Assembly: GCA_040285855.1 (NCBI GenBank)
Contig: JAUFOQ010000006.1
Coordinates: forward strand, 248,001 to 312,000
DNA: 64,000 nucleotides
Reading direction: 5' to 3'
DNA from: Eukaryota sp. GEM-RC1
Lineage: Eukaryota
Shown here: piece after piece, positions 50,430 through 62,917 of the stretch
How positions within the stretch are numbered: position 1 is the first letter of the stretch
Layout: each line of letters starts with the position of its first letter
Notes under the pieces: model-generated
Databases searched by the model: none
What the model saw: only the letters and a program-made list of their open reading frames with translations
Told to the model about the DNA's origin: nothing
Translations under genes and position numbers: made by a program

Positions 50430-50503
50430 ATCTGTAGTCAGCAGACATTTGAGTTCAGCAACTGAATTCCTGTTGCCATTTTCCTCTTGCCATGACCATA
50501 TAT

Positions 50504-50579
50504 GACTTCCACTGGTGCATGGTCACAATTGGCACAAATTCTGAACATGGACAGAAGAAAAGATGCGAAATTGAAATTT
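50504..50579 (-). repeat. Inverted copy of the 5' end of the B-box gene (41262-41337)
   Basis: Reverse complement matches 41262-41337 except for one homopolymer length. Confidence 0.9.
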
Positions 50580-51433
50580 GTCTGTGGTTTTCATTTTGAA
50601 TGCATAAGACCAGATTTGCACCTGGATCAAATGATTCTCCACTACTTACTTCAGTGGTCGTCTGTTATTTAGAGATTCACAGACGACCATTACTTACTTC
50701 ACAGATGCGCTTCAGCGCTGCCACACCGTTTGTTGGGCGGGCTAATTCTTGTGTCTCTCCGCCATGTTCTTCTCAGAACGCTGGTTATTTCCGTAGAGCA
50801 GAAACCTTTTCTTTCGGAACCAAGGTTGAAAATACAGAGGAGACATCAGACCATTATACAACTCTTTTTGACCAAACCTACCTCTTTTTCTCCACTGCAT
50901 TTTTCAGAACAATACAAGGGAAGTTTGAATCGTATAGTAGTGTCTCATAGCTATAGGTTCATACAGATGTGCAAATACGACGAATCGAAAGGTGGGAAAT
51001 ACAGTCTAATACTACAGTTGTTATAGGTCAAATAAAGTGGATTTATGTAATGAGGCAAACACACACCAAGAAACTAACAATAAGAAACTGTCTATGAAAT
51101 GTTCAGAAGTGACAGACTTGAAAGTAAAGAAGATAGTGTGAGTCAAGAGTATGAATCAGCAAGGAAGTTAGAGTTAAACATTGAGGATTAAAGCCAAATG
51201 CATACTTTTCTCTATACTATCTATCTCTAGATGATGTGATAACTGCAGTACAGAATTCAAAACGTTTGAATTTTTAACGTAAACGCTGTTTGAACTGAAT
51301 CCATTTTGTGGATCAAAGCGTCAGAAAGTGTACCAAGAAGTTTTGGGTCCACACAGACTGTAATTTCCTCATACCTCTCCCTCCAGTGATCTAACCGGGT
51401 CACTATTATTTGACATCCGTAAGCTATTAGCCG

Positions 51434-52606
51434 ATGTCTATATGTATCTACAATTTTGTTGAGCCTGATAAGAATCTCTTTGCTAATCACGCCGACCTCT
51501 ATGACAAAGTTGTCACTCAGAAACAAGGGTTTAGCGCTCTTTCAGATCAAGACCATCTTGCTCACCGTCCTTATACCCTTTGTGTCCATCATTCCGGTAC
51601 GTATGATGGTGCATTTGACAATTTAGTTCTCAGAACTTCTGCTGACCACATTACCTACGAGTTTCCATCTTGTTTGCCCAAAGCTAAAGATTATATCATC
51701 AACATTAATGTCTATGCTGATGCTGAAGCGGTTCCTCCTCTCTCTGACTCTCAACTCGAGACTCGCTTCAATTCAATTGAACTCTTCAATTCCTCCACAC
51801 TTGAAGCCTTGACTTATCGCCATGCCAAGTCAAATTCTGGTCACAATCGTTACAATGACGTTGATCCTTGTGACCAAGGATTAGTCCATGTCTCTGTGGA
51901 TCACGGTAAGAACGCTTTTATCTACTGTGCTACCTCCTATGTCAATGCCAGTAGGGTCGACATGTTCTCCATTGCCTGTCAAGCTCCTTTTGTTGAATCT
52001 TATGGAGACGCGCTTTACAACTTTTGGTTAATGGTTATTGAGAATGCTTCTACTATTCTTGGATTAACAAAGCCCCCTGGTTGCTTCTGGCCTACAGAAC
52101 GTCGTCCCATTATTGAGAAGGATTTGACTATCACTTTGCAATCAATCGAAGAAATTGGACGCAACATCACCATTCGGAAAGTTTTGATTGATCAATCAAA
52201 TAGAGAGGGAAGGGTTCCCCAACAAAAGGAAGTCTGTTATATTCAATATAACAACTGGACCGACAAGTCAAAACCCAACAATATCGAGGAAATTATGATT
52301 TTATTGAAGCTAGTTTATGAACAATGTAGAGGATCAGACCGTGATTCTTGGACTACACTCTGTGTCTTTTGCATGGCAGGTGTTGGCAGAACAGGAAGTT
52401 TCTTGTGTCTGTTAGAGATGGTTATTCACTATATTGATGGTTCTATTGGTCGTTTTGACTTGGACAATTTTATTTTGAGGTTGAGACTTAAAAGAAATCC
52501 GTACATGGTCGAAGTCTTTGAACAATATCAATTCTTGAATATGTTTCATGATAAGTTGATGAAGGGAAAATTAAAAATGAATGAGGATCACTGGAGTCTT
52601 GAATGA
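51434..52606 (+). CDS. Classical-type protein tyrosine phosphatase
   Basis: 'HNRYNDV', 'YVNAS', 'ACQAP', 'FWLMV', 'WTD', 'FCMAGVGRTG', 'MVEVFEQY'. Confidence 0.9.
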   Translation: MSICIYNFVEPDKNLFANHADLYDKVVTQKQGFSALSDQDHLAHRPYTLCVHHSGTYDGAFDNLVLRTSADHITYEFPSCLPKAKDYIININVYADAEAVPPLSDSQLETRFNSIELFNSSTLEALTYRHAKSNSGHNRYNDVDPCDQGLVHVSVDHGKNAFIYCATSYVNASRVDMFSIACQAPFVESYGDALYNFWLMVIENASTILGLTKPPGCFWPTERRPIIEKDLTITLQSIEEIGRNITIRKVLIDQSNREGRVPQQKEVCYIQYNNWTDKSKPNNIEEIMILLKLVYEQCRGSDRDSWTTLCVFCMAGVGRTGSFLCLLEMVIHYIDGSIGRFDLDNFILRLRLKRNPYMVEVFEQYQFLNMFHDKLMKGKLKMNEDHWSLE

Positions 52607-52696
52607 TTCTAGTTTGTTTAGTTGTTTTAGTATAGTTAGTTGTATTGCAATGTACTTTTTTTTATAAATGTTCTCTTCGGATTGAACAAGAATCTT

Positions 52697-52920
52697 TATT
52701 CGGTGCCCAATAAGGGAACCTTCCTACAAAACAATGAAATTGCAAAAACAAACAAATAATACTAAGATTAAATCCCCAGATAAGACTGAAGTGAAATAGA
52801 GAACATAAATATCAGTACCGCGTTTCGATTAGAAACCGCTCATTTTACTTTTACTAATAGATGTGATGTCAATTCAACAAACTTTATTCGGTACCCAATA
52901 AGGTAACCTTCCTACAAAAT
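52697..52920 (+). repeat. Dispersed repeat, copies 2 and 3
   Basis: tattcggtgcccaataagggaaccttcctacaaaa at 52697 and tattcggtacccaataaggtaaccttcctacaaaa at 52885. Confidence 0.8.
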
Positions 52921-53255
52921 AAATTTGATCTGAAGCAATAAGTTATTGGGACCAAAAATAGAGATTTTTGAAAATTGCAGTTAATTATTTAGATATTGAA
53001 ACGATTGACTCCGTGATGCAGTGTTATACTAAATGCATTTTAACGTGTCATTTGTGAAACAACGACAAGGAGTAAATACATATAAATGAACCGAACGATT
53101 TACTGCAGCAAAGTTAAAAAGTCGATAAACCTCGAAATTTGGAACTTCAATCACTGGATTACAAACTCTTCTTTCAAATCTTACATGAGAGATAAACACA
53201 ATATTATAAATTCAAGAAGTAAGACCACATATCAGTTTTGTTGCAAAAACAACGG

Positions 53256-56200
53256 TTAAGAAACACCAGTAGACAGTCGCAAACAATAAATACCACACAC
53301 AACAACAGATACTATCTTGGTAAATCTATGAGAAGCATAGAAACACAACAGGAATATAATAACTAGACAAACATTAAACAATAGAGGATCCAGCACTAGT
53401 TCTAGACAAATTATCAAAGTGACTACCAAAAAGGAGAAATTAAGACAAGGATGTTTTTGAAATATTGCTCTCAAGGCACAAAATGAAACAACAATGATCA
53501 GTATACAAACGTAAAAACTAATCGAAAACGGATAACGTAATACGCACTGTTGGAGAACAATAACAGTAATTGGCAAAAGATACCAGTAAATAGAATACAA
53601 TAATGGTGAATCAAATATTGATCTCAAATTGGAGTCAAGTTTTGAATTTCCAGACCAATACCAGCAACAACCAAGAACTACTGTAACGAATAGCCAGTGA
53701 AAACACAACAAAATGTACTGAAACTGAATGTTTGAAGGAAACACGTACAACAGATGGGAAAATAGTAGGTCTAATGGTAATACAACAGAATTAGAAAGTA
53801 GCAAACCAATTGCAGCAAACACAATTAAAGGACAAATTACTGGCTTCACCAGTTGTTGAGAAAGGATTGCTTCCATGGGATCAAAAGACAATTTAAAATA
53901 TTTGTGGGTCTGATGAAACTTAGAAGACTTACGCATATTCGTGTTGTAAATACTAGAAAAATACCTAACAAACAGTGTCAGTAGGAAAATAAACATAATA
54001 TTTACTAAAGCTGAGTAAACATAATTCTGAAAAGAATTCTGTAAACAGACAGAAAATCGTTTGAATGACCCTGGGTGACACGACAAACAGAAATCTTCAA
54101 TGGAAAAAAATCTAGAAGAAATACAGGAATTGTTTCTGCATAAGTAAAGAAGAGGACAACTGACGGTGACGTGATTGGAAGCATCAAAAGCCAATCCGTC
54201 ACGTACCTTGATTATTGACCCATATCGACAAACGGTGTTTTTGGGACATGAGCTACACGTATCGTTAATTTGGTACAAGTTTCTGTCACAAACACAATCA
54301 TTGACAGACGTAGATGGATTTCTGTGAGTAACTCTATTTGGAGGGCATGGTAAGCAAGAATCATGGTTCATCGACTTGAAAGTTCCAGTTGGACAAGGAA
54401 AGCAGTCTTCAAAGTTGAAGTAAAAGCCAGCTGGACAGAAACACTGACCTTCATGGAGAACAAAAGGATAAGAACAGGAAACTGGGGGAATACTGACTGA
54501 AACTGATTGACCTTGTGATTGGAAAGTGACGTAGTTGGACGTAGAAGAGGGATATAAGTAGAGATCAAGTTCATAATCATCGACGATTATGAATTCTAAT
54601 TGAGAATTTGAAGAAATGTCTACTTCACCAGCTGAAAGGCGACGCGTTTGATTGGTCAACGGCAATACTTGGACTAATTCAAGAGAGAAATTGACACGTA
54701 TGCAAATTTTGTGTTCAACAAGATGTGGACAATTTCTTGAATTCAGTAGTGATGCAAACAAAAGAGTCCTTCTAGATTGAACCAAAGACAAAGTAAAAGA
54801 AGAGGAAAAGTTACTATGAATCAGAGTGATTGTTAAAACAAGGGACGTTGGTTGAAGCCCAATGTTGTCGATACTGTTATAGTGAAGTTCACAACTCGAA
54901 TGACAACAACTAGAGAAAGAAAATGACAGTTGTTCAAAATTCTGCTGATTGTGCGATAATGATTGAACATTAACGTCACTTTGAGTCAAATAGGAACATG
55001 AAGTAATAAACCCAAAATAATCTCGACAACGACAAAAAACTAGGCTGTTGGTCTCCAATTCTGAAGTCACGTTATCACAGTAAATGTACTGCGGTGAGCC
55101 TGTGTAATAGAGAAAATCAACCGGCCAGTTTGATTGAAAACAATCATCAGAGAAAAGCTCAAACTTTAGTTGATGGTATTGTTCGAAATATGAAATATAA
55201 TTGGCAAATGTGTTTAAAAGAAGGTCAAATGATGAATACAGGTTGTCACTGTAATAATAAGACGCATCTATTGGTAGAACTTCATTTACTGAATTTTGAC
55301 CAGAGGTTGAATTCAGTAATCGAAAACACTGATTCAATGGGAATCCGTAGACTTCAATTTCTGTTAAATTAATCGAAGTTGGAAAAGTGAAGTTCAAGAA
55401 GGAGGTCAGAATTGTATTTTTTAAAAAATATATTTGACACATAGTGGCAGTTGAAAACCCACTGGGAAACGGGACACACGTCACTGATTCAATCAAATTT
55501 GATGGCAAAGAAAACAAAAACGGAAGAGTAGTTTTGGTATCGTGACAGTCACTCAGATATGATACTGAAAGAGACCAAATGTCAGACATTGAGGTTAAGT
55601 GGATAATAAGAGTGTCATGAGGTTCTAATTTCACAAAACAATCAGAATCATCACAGCAACGGACTCCAGAGGAAAGAATTGATAAATATTTCAGTGGTAA
55701 TGAATTCAATTCAGGTTCTCGAATGTGATCAACAAAATGAAATGGAATTAGCGGTATACTTTGGTCATTAACAAAACAAATGTCGGCAAATTGGGAATCC
55801 ACGTGCAGGCTTGCTGTGGCAAACTTCAAGGAGTCATCAACAACCAGAAAAACGTCAACAGTTGGCTGATAAATAGGTGAAACAACATTTAAGCAAGTAA
55901 CAATAGAACCATTGGAATCTTCAATAACTTTACCACTAAAAGGAACTCCAGCAATTAGACAGGTGAATTCAAAATTGGGAATGTGACAGTTCAAATTGAT
56001 TTCAATATTTCGAGATTCAATTACAGAGAGTGATGACGTAGAAGTGGTGTAACAGTAGCACAGGATAACAGAATCAATTAAAATTTGATTGTAAAATGCA
56101 TGTTGCCAATAAACATTATACGGCAGTAAAACTATGGGGCGAAGATCTTCTGAAAAGGATAATTTAATAGCATGACTTGTAACAGAATAACTCAGAGAAC

Positions 56201-59200
56201 TAGTATGGTTCAATGTAAAAGCAGAGTTCTCTGGTAATGAAGACCTGTAAAGAGAAATGCTTGGCGTGTAAGCAAGGTTAATGAATCTAGACGAAGTTAA
56301 TGTAAAGTTTGGATTCTGGACGACAAGGAACGATTCAGATTTTGTCCACATCACATTCTGATATGACACTTCCATAGAAATATTATATATGTCTGGTTCA
56401 GATGAGGTTAGTTCAAAATAAAGAGAGTTGTTAACCAGAACTGTATGACTTAACTCACATTTTGGTGCCCACAATTGTATTGTATCAAAGTCACCTAGAA
56501 TTGAAAGATCAAGAACTGATGAATATTTGAAACCTAGTCCAATTATTGGTGGAATTTTCAAAGAAAACTCAGTAATCTGAATATCAAGGTAAACAGAGTT
56601 GAGTTCGTTTTCAAATAAAATAGAAGTCGGATTTTGAATGGAAATGATTTGAAGCTCTTGATTGAGAGGACTTGTAACTGAATCCACAATCAACATCAAA
56701 TTATTAAAAGTAGGGGTTGATAACACGGAAAAACAGGAAAATGTAGAAACAACCGGGGGAACAGTAACAAAATTCTCAACATAAAATGCAAATTCCGAAA
56801 CATAGTGAGTAATGCTGGACATTATCATTAAAACGAATGTACCAGAACTGGAAACAGAAATTTTCAAATTTAAGTAAGTTGGTTGAATTGATATAGCATC
56901 AATCGTACTTTCATTAAATGAAATAGAACTCAACCACTGCGACTCCGAAAATAATTCAAAGTTTTGTCCAAAAATTTGTAGCTCCAAAAAGTAGGATTCT
57001 TAAAATACTGAAATACAACTGGGCTAATTTCGAGTATTTCAATAATTAAGGGCAGGTTCGCAATACAATGCTCGAGATTTACGGACTTATGGATCAAACA
57101 AATCACAGGTACTTTGTAAGACATTATTGGAATGAAAGAAAGAAGAAAACCATTGGAAGTAATTGAGCCTTGATCAACAATCGTCACGCCACCATCATGT
57201 ACTACAAAGTATTGGCTCAAATTAAACTGAGAAATAGAAGACTGAAGCCGCACGGTACAAACATGGTGTGTAAAACAAATATAATTACTGAACTCAGCAG
57301 AGATGTCAACAATGGGGAAAAGAAACTTTTTAGAGATTTGTGAGTGCTGAAAGAAAGTTATAGTTAAAAGAAGATGATTACCTGAAACAATAGGAAGAAA
57401 TATATCAAAAGTATCATTACCAACTCTAGAAATATTTAAATAATCATTGGACGAAATTGAGAAAAACGGTAGACAATCAGTACGTGTAATCTGAGTTAAA
57501 TAGGGGTATTGAACAAAAAATGACTATTAGTTCTGCTCACGTAATTGGGAAAAACAAAAAGTTCAGGAAAGTGTAGCGATATCGAGAATATACTCGATTG
57601 CTGATTACCTGCCGCCAGTACAAACAGAACTTCAGAAGACGAAACACAAACACGGGAAATGTACATTACTATCAAATCATTTAGCTGGTAAAGTACTGTG
57701 AAGGAACTACTTCCATTCAAAAGACAATATCTAACGGAATTAATCCAAAGTTATTTCCAACAATTGATAACAAACCAGAAAACGGCAGCGTCTTTGGTTC
57801 AAATCCAGTTACCTCAGGTTTTTCATAACAAAACTTACCATTGGAAACAGTTCTATTGACGTGTAACAAAGAAAGACTGTGACATCCGAAATAAGGAACT
57901 ATTTCAAAGGACATGGATGTATCAGAATCAGGAGAAAGAGAAACTGAAAAAGAATAGTCTCTACCAACACTTTAAACTCAAGGACACCAAAATGTTCACC
58001 TTTAATTTCTACAATACCTCCCAAAGGCCGAGGACTTGAGATTGAGTCAATTAATGGTGTACACACAGGGATACTAACTGTTGCAAAAAGAAACCGCAAA
58101 CGTCTATCAACCAAACTAACAATGAGTTCTGGAAAATGGTTGTTGTGTAACGAAAAAGTCACTGAATTGTCACTGATATTCCAATTGTCAAGGAAACAAC
58201 CAGTAGCATCTACCTCAAAATCAAGATTTGATTGAGCAAAATGATGGTCAAACAAAGCGATTTTACATTCAGATGAAGGACAGCAACTGAAATTACCCAA
58301 AAACGTGACATCTACGTTAATTTGGTCAATAATGTAGTAGATATCGTGAAAATCAACTGATCCATCAATTTCAATATACGATTGCAGAACAACAGGAAAC
58401 CTCGTGTCAAAAGTGATATTTGATCCTTGATTCAAAACAGACTTCCTTAGAACAATTGGTGAAAATAGGTTAATAAAATGAATATAGCCACCGATCAAAG
58501 TAGTTTCAACAACTTCCAAAGAATTCACATTTAAGAAGGTCACCGATCCAGAGTAAACAGAAAAGGCAGAAATCGTTATATTATTGCAATTGGTAATAGA
58601 AAGTGTGCCACTCATGACTGAAAGGTGTGAAATTGTCCAATGATCAAGACTCCGTTCAACGATCACAGTTCCTTGGGTTATACGGATGAGGGAAAATGTA
58701 AAAAAGGAAGAATTGACGAAGTGAAAAACACCCGACGAATTATATTCAAAACTTGGAAAGTTCCACCTACCCATAACTGTAAGAGTATTACTGGGTTTAA
58801 AATTAGAATGAGAGTCACCATCGACTACAGATGTAGGTAAAAAGAGCGCCACATCATTGAAAATCAAAGTAGAATTGTAGACAGAAACTCTGTCAAAAAA
58901 AGAGACAACGCCATTAAAAGTGATTACAGAATTAGTGAAAATGACAGAAGACTCAAATGAACAATCACAAAAGAAAGATAAATGAGAATCATTAATTATA
59001 TGAAAACTTGAATTAAATACTACACGACTTGTGCCCCACGGTGCTTGAAACTCGAAGTAGAAAGGAAAAATTACAGTTCCCTCAAAGACAAGAGTTGAAA
59101 AGTGTAAGTAGATAGAAGACGTGTTCATTTTTAGTACACCTTGTGATGTTAGAATTCCATCCTCAAACAAGCAGTTATCATTTAGGATCCCATTGGAAAC

Positions 59201-62200
59201 AACAATTAGTTCAGAACTCAAAAGGGAACAAGAAGAATTAGAAATAGCAAGTTGATCAATCACAATGCGAGACCGATGGAATACTATGTTCGAGTAATCA
59301 GCAGTGAAATCAGAGATGATAATGACTGAATTATTACAAGTCACAGTTGAATGTTCAATAGAGGATGATAAAGAAAAAAGAGACGAAATACTAACTAAAC
59401 TTCCACTCAAGGAAAATGTACCGTAGTTGTAAAGTGTGTCAATGTAAGAGGATACATCATTCGATTGGTCAGATGGAGCCTCATTTTGATCGGGATTTGA
59501 CTGGAGGAATAGCTGGCCATGATTAATGAACAAAGCCATTAATTGCAAATTCTCTTCCGTTGTATCAAAGAAAACTGAATTTGTATTGATTAGTGTAGCA
59601 CTTTCAGAGAATGAGAATATACGGAAAACATTTGAGAAATGACAAGTTCCAGATAGAAATATTGTACATTTAAAAAGACAGGCAATGTCCAAAAAATTAA
59701 TGTCCAAATTGAGAAGAATCAAATCAGAATCATACCCGACTGAAAGAGGGTAGTAAACGTCATCAATTGATTGAAAGTCGATTAATTGAAGAGTAGCATT
59801 TCCGGTTACAATCCCATCAAAGACAGTCAAGTTCAATGTACAACTCATACATACAAGATGACCACTCATTAAAGCAACATCGATCACATCAGTGATCACA
59901 TCGATTCTCAACAAGACCAGCGATTTCAAAGGCAGCAGGCAATGCATCATTTCCTGAGATTTCTTGATTGGGAAAAATGACGTGGCCAGTAACAGATACT
60001 TCAAGAACAGTCGAAGAAAAAGAAAGCAAAGGAGACATTTCAGTAAAGCAAGAGATAATCAGCCGATTAATTGGAAACAATTGTAGGAGCTATTACAACT
60101 AGTGCATCCCTAATTTCGAGAACAAAACCATTAATTCGATCACCGTTCAAGGTACATACATTGACGGAAAGTGGATTGTAAATAACATTCAAATTGCTAT
60201 TCTCTACATATAATTGGGATAATGACAAAGGAGAATGTAAACGAACAGTTGAGTGATGTAGTACAGAAAGCCTGGCAATAGTATTGTTACCAAGAGAATT
60301 AAAGTTGAACATGTTTAGAGAAGTTTCATGTCCAGTTTCTACAATACAATTACCCAAACAAACAACATCAAAAACCGACCAACTGGGGAGATGTAACTTA
60401 ATGATGGTGTCATCTTTCAAAAACAAGGGAATGTTGTAATTAGTTGGATAAAATAGGTGTCGGAGAGAGACTATTCCGCCTAGAGTTCCATTTGGATCTA
60501 AGACAGACAAGCTACATCCAGTATTACATTCTATTTTCCCATAATCAAGATAAACTACCACATTGTAAGTACTAGTGAAGGGAATGATTGCAGTGCCTGA
60601 GACTAGCATAGGTCCGGTAAAGTAATCAATAGAGAACTGTAGATCGTTGGTAAAAGTAACAATAGATTGAGAAAGAATCTGCAGGCTAGCAGAGTACAGA
60701 TAAATTAAATTGTTGAAATCAACAGTGTGTTCGACAATCAATTTCTGATTGACAGATATCATATTCGAACCAAATGTACCTCCACTCCATTTCATCAATG
60801 GAGTTATAACAACATTCTCAGCAGTAATAGCCCCTGAAATGTGTACAATTTGATCAAGATGAAGATCATCTTGATTATTGAATGTGACATTTGTGTAAAT
60901 GAATACCTTTGCCAGCACGTCATTCCATCCTACAAACACAAAGGAAGTAATAATTGAGCCACCCTGATTTTGGAAAATCAATGAACAATCAGAAGTGCAA
61001 TTGATACTGAAATAAGAAAGAATAGAGGTATTGACAGAGATTGTTGGCTGGATTCCCCCTAAATCAATAGCATGAGGCGGTGTGGGTCGACTGAAACTGA
61101 GTTTATAAGTGTATCCTTCCAAAATAAAGTGTCCGTTCAAATAGGATTTCAATGTGTCATAATTAATGAATGTTTGACACAACTCGTGGCAATTTAAAGT
61201 TCCGCCCCGGAGTTTAATTGTTAAAGAGAAATCTGGATAATACTGAAAGTCTAATTCACCACGAACAATCAATACGATGTTATGAAAGTTGCAGTCATCA
61301 TTATTTTCACATATTACAACAACAGATTTTCGAATTTCAACTTCAACATTGTCGACAAAAACTAATGGTAAATTGTACGGTATTTGGTTTTGTTCTAATA
61401 ACAGTACCCTTGAGATTGTGAGAATATTGGATACAGAAAGAACACCTTCACTTCCTAGTGTAAGATTGTAAACCACGGCCTGTTGATTTTCTACACAGAA
61501 CTCTCCTTTAGCAAGGTGGACAGTCCTTAGATAAGCGATGTGATCCTGTGCGTATAACAGTCTTAGGAATCCTGTAGTGTTAACCTGGATTGTGGCAACT
61601 GGCTCAGAAAGAGTGTCTGAGTATAATGAAAGTGACGCCGAATCTTCTACATAAATCAAGTATGGATATGAATTCATGGGAAAATTGTAGGTAAGGGCTG
61701 GGGTGAGAAATATCTCACCGCTCCCAGCAAAATGATAAACACAATTTGTGTGGAGAGAATCAGCAAAATGAAAAGAAGATCTAGCTAAAATGAAGTAACA
61801 AAAAGAGTCTGTCGACTCCAGGGTCAGCTTATGTGGATTCAAATCCCAACCTTTGTTCAGTACCAAGGATCCACCAGTGAATTCTATGGTAACGTCATCT
61901 TCCAGTATGAGGTGAGAAGGGTTGAAAGTGGAAGATAGGGTAAGGTTGTGAAGTAATTTGACTTCACCTTGGACAGTAATAGGAAACGAGACGTTGAGTG
62001 GATCATTTAACAGGAGAGAAATAAGGTTAGAATCAAATGATGGTTGTAGAATCAATGACGAGCTGGTCACGTCAGACAGGAACAAGAAAGGATCATCTGA
62101 CATGGAACTTCCTAAAGTGATGGGTATGCCAACGTCATTGTCATATGAGAAAGAAACAATAGAATCTGGATGACACAGTACAATCGAATTGGAAACAGTG

Positions 62201-62454
62201 AATGAAGGAGCATTTAAAATGACTTCAGGAGATGCAAAGATGACATGGCGGAACTGTGGCTCACAAGAAAGTTGATCAGAGGATCCCAGAATATCACACA
62301 CAGAAAGTTCTGGTGTTGTCTCACTGATGAACAGGGTATCATAAGAAGGGTCGTGGCAAGCAGGAAAATCGCATGTGTAAGAACAACTCAATGGTGTACC
62401 AAAGACTTGTTGAACAAGAAACATAAGAGCAATGGATACAATCACACAGTACAT
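53256..62454 (-). CDS. Giant (~3000 aa) surface/membrane protein: signal peptide, beta-rich adhesin-like region, IPT/TIG-like repeats, GCC2/GCC3-type Cys repeats and C-terminal TM helices (about 6 frameshifts)
   Basis: Consecutive overlapping minus-strand reading frames; 'GGIVEIKGEHFG' and 'LSIVGNNFG' (TIG-like); 'CPAGFY..CFPCPTGTFKS..CLPCP..TSVNDCVC'; hydrophobic C-terminus. Confidence 0.78.
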
Positions 62455-62807
62455 TGAGACATTTAAAGAAGGCTAAGTGTCGCTTATTGTGGAGAAAGAT
62501 GATGTTGAAAGAAGATGAGTTGACTGACCAATCAATTGTAAATGCTCACCCCTTCCCAGTTTAAAAGCCCACCATCGGATAGACTACTGTACTTTGAACT
62601 CTCTAGATGACACTTATTTTGGGTCGCATGTTACAAATTCGTCTATACGGTGTGCTCACTTAAGTCCATGTCTTGATTCAGCTACGTAGTTTAGATTATA
62701 ACTTCTTCAAAACGCAAAATAACACAAACACAACTACGGAGAGACTTGTGAAGCCATGTCTCTTTTGGAGAAAATACTGTTTTATAAGGCTAATGTCCAA
62801 AAACTTA

Positions 62808-62917
62808 GGGATGAAGTCGATTAGAGTACTAGCATTGTTTGTTTGTTTTGACAAGTTCGTATTTTTGTAGGAAGGTTACCTATCTGGATACCGAATTCTG
62901 TTTTTACTGTTGAATTG
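62808..62917 (-). repeat. Dispersed repeat, copy 4
   Basis: Reverse complement reads caattcaacag..attcggtatccagataggtaaccttcctacaaaaa..cgacttcatccct, matching parts of the 43941 and 52868 copies. Confidence 0.7.

Noticed and set aside
50600..51026. Two overlapping plus-strand ORFs
   Set aside because: No family motifs; possibly pseudogene debris.
53256..62454. Alternative genetic code (stop reassignment) as the cause of broken ORFs
   Set aside because: The breaks examined are frame changes, not in-frame stops, and all three stop codons end conserved genes.
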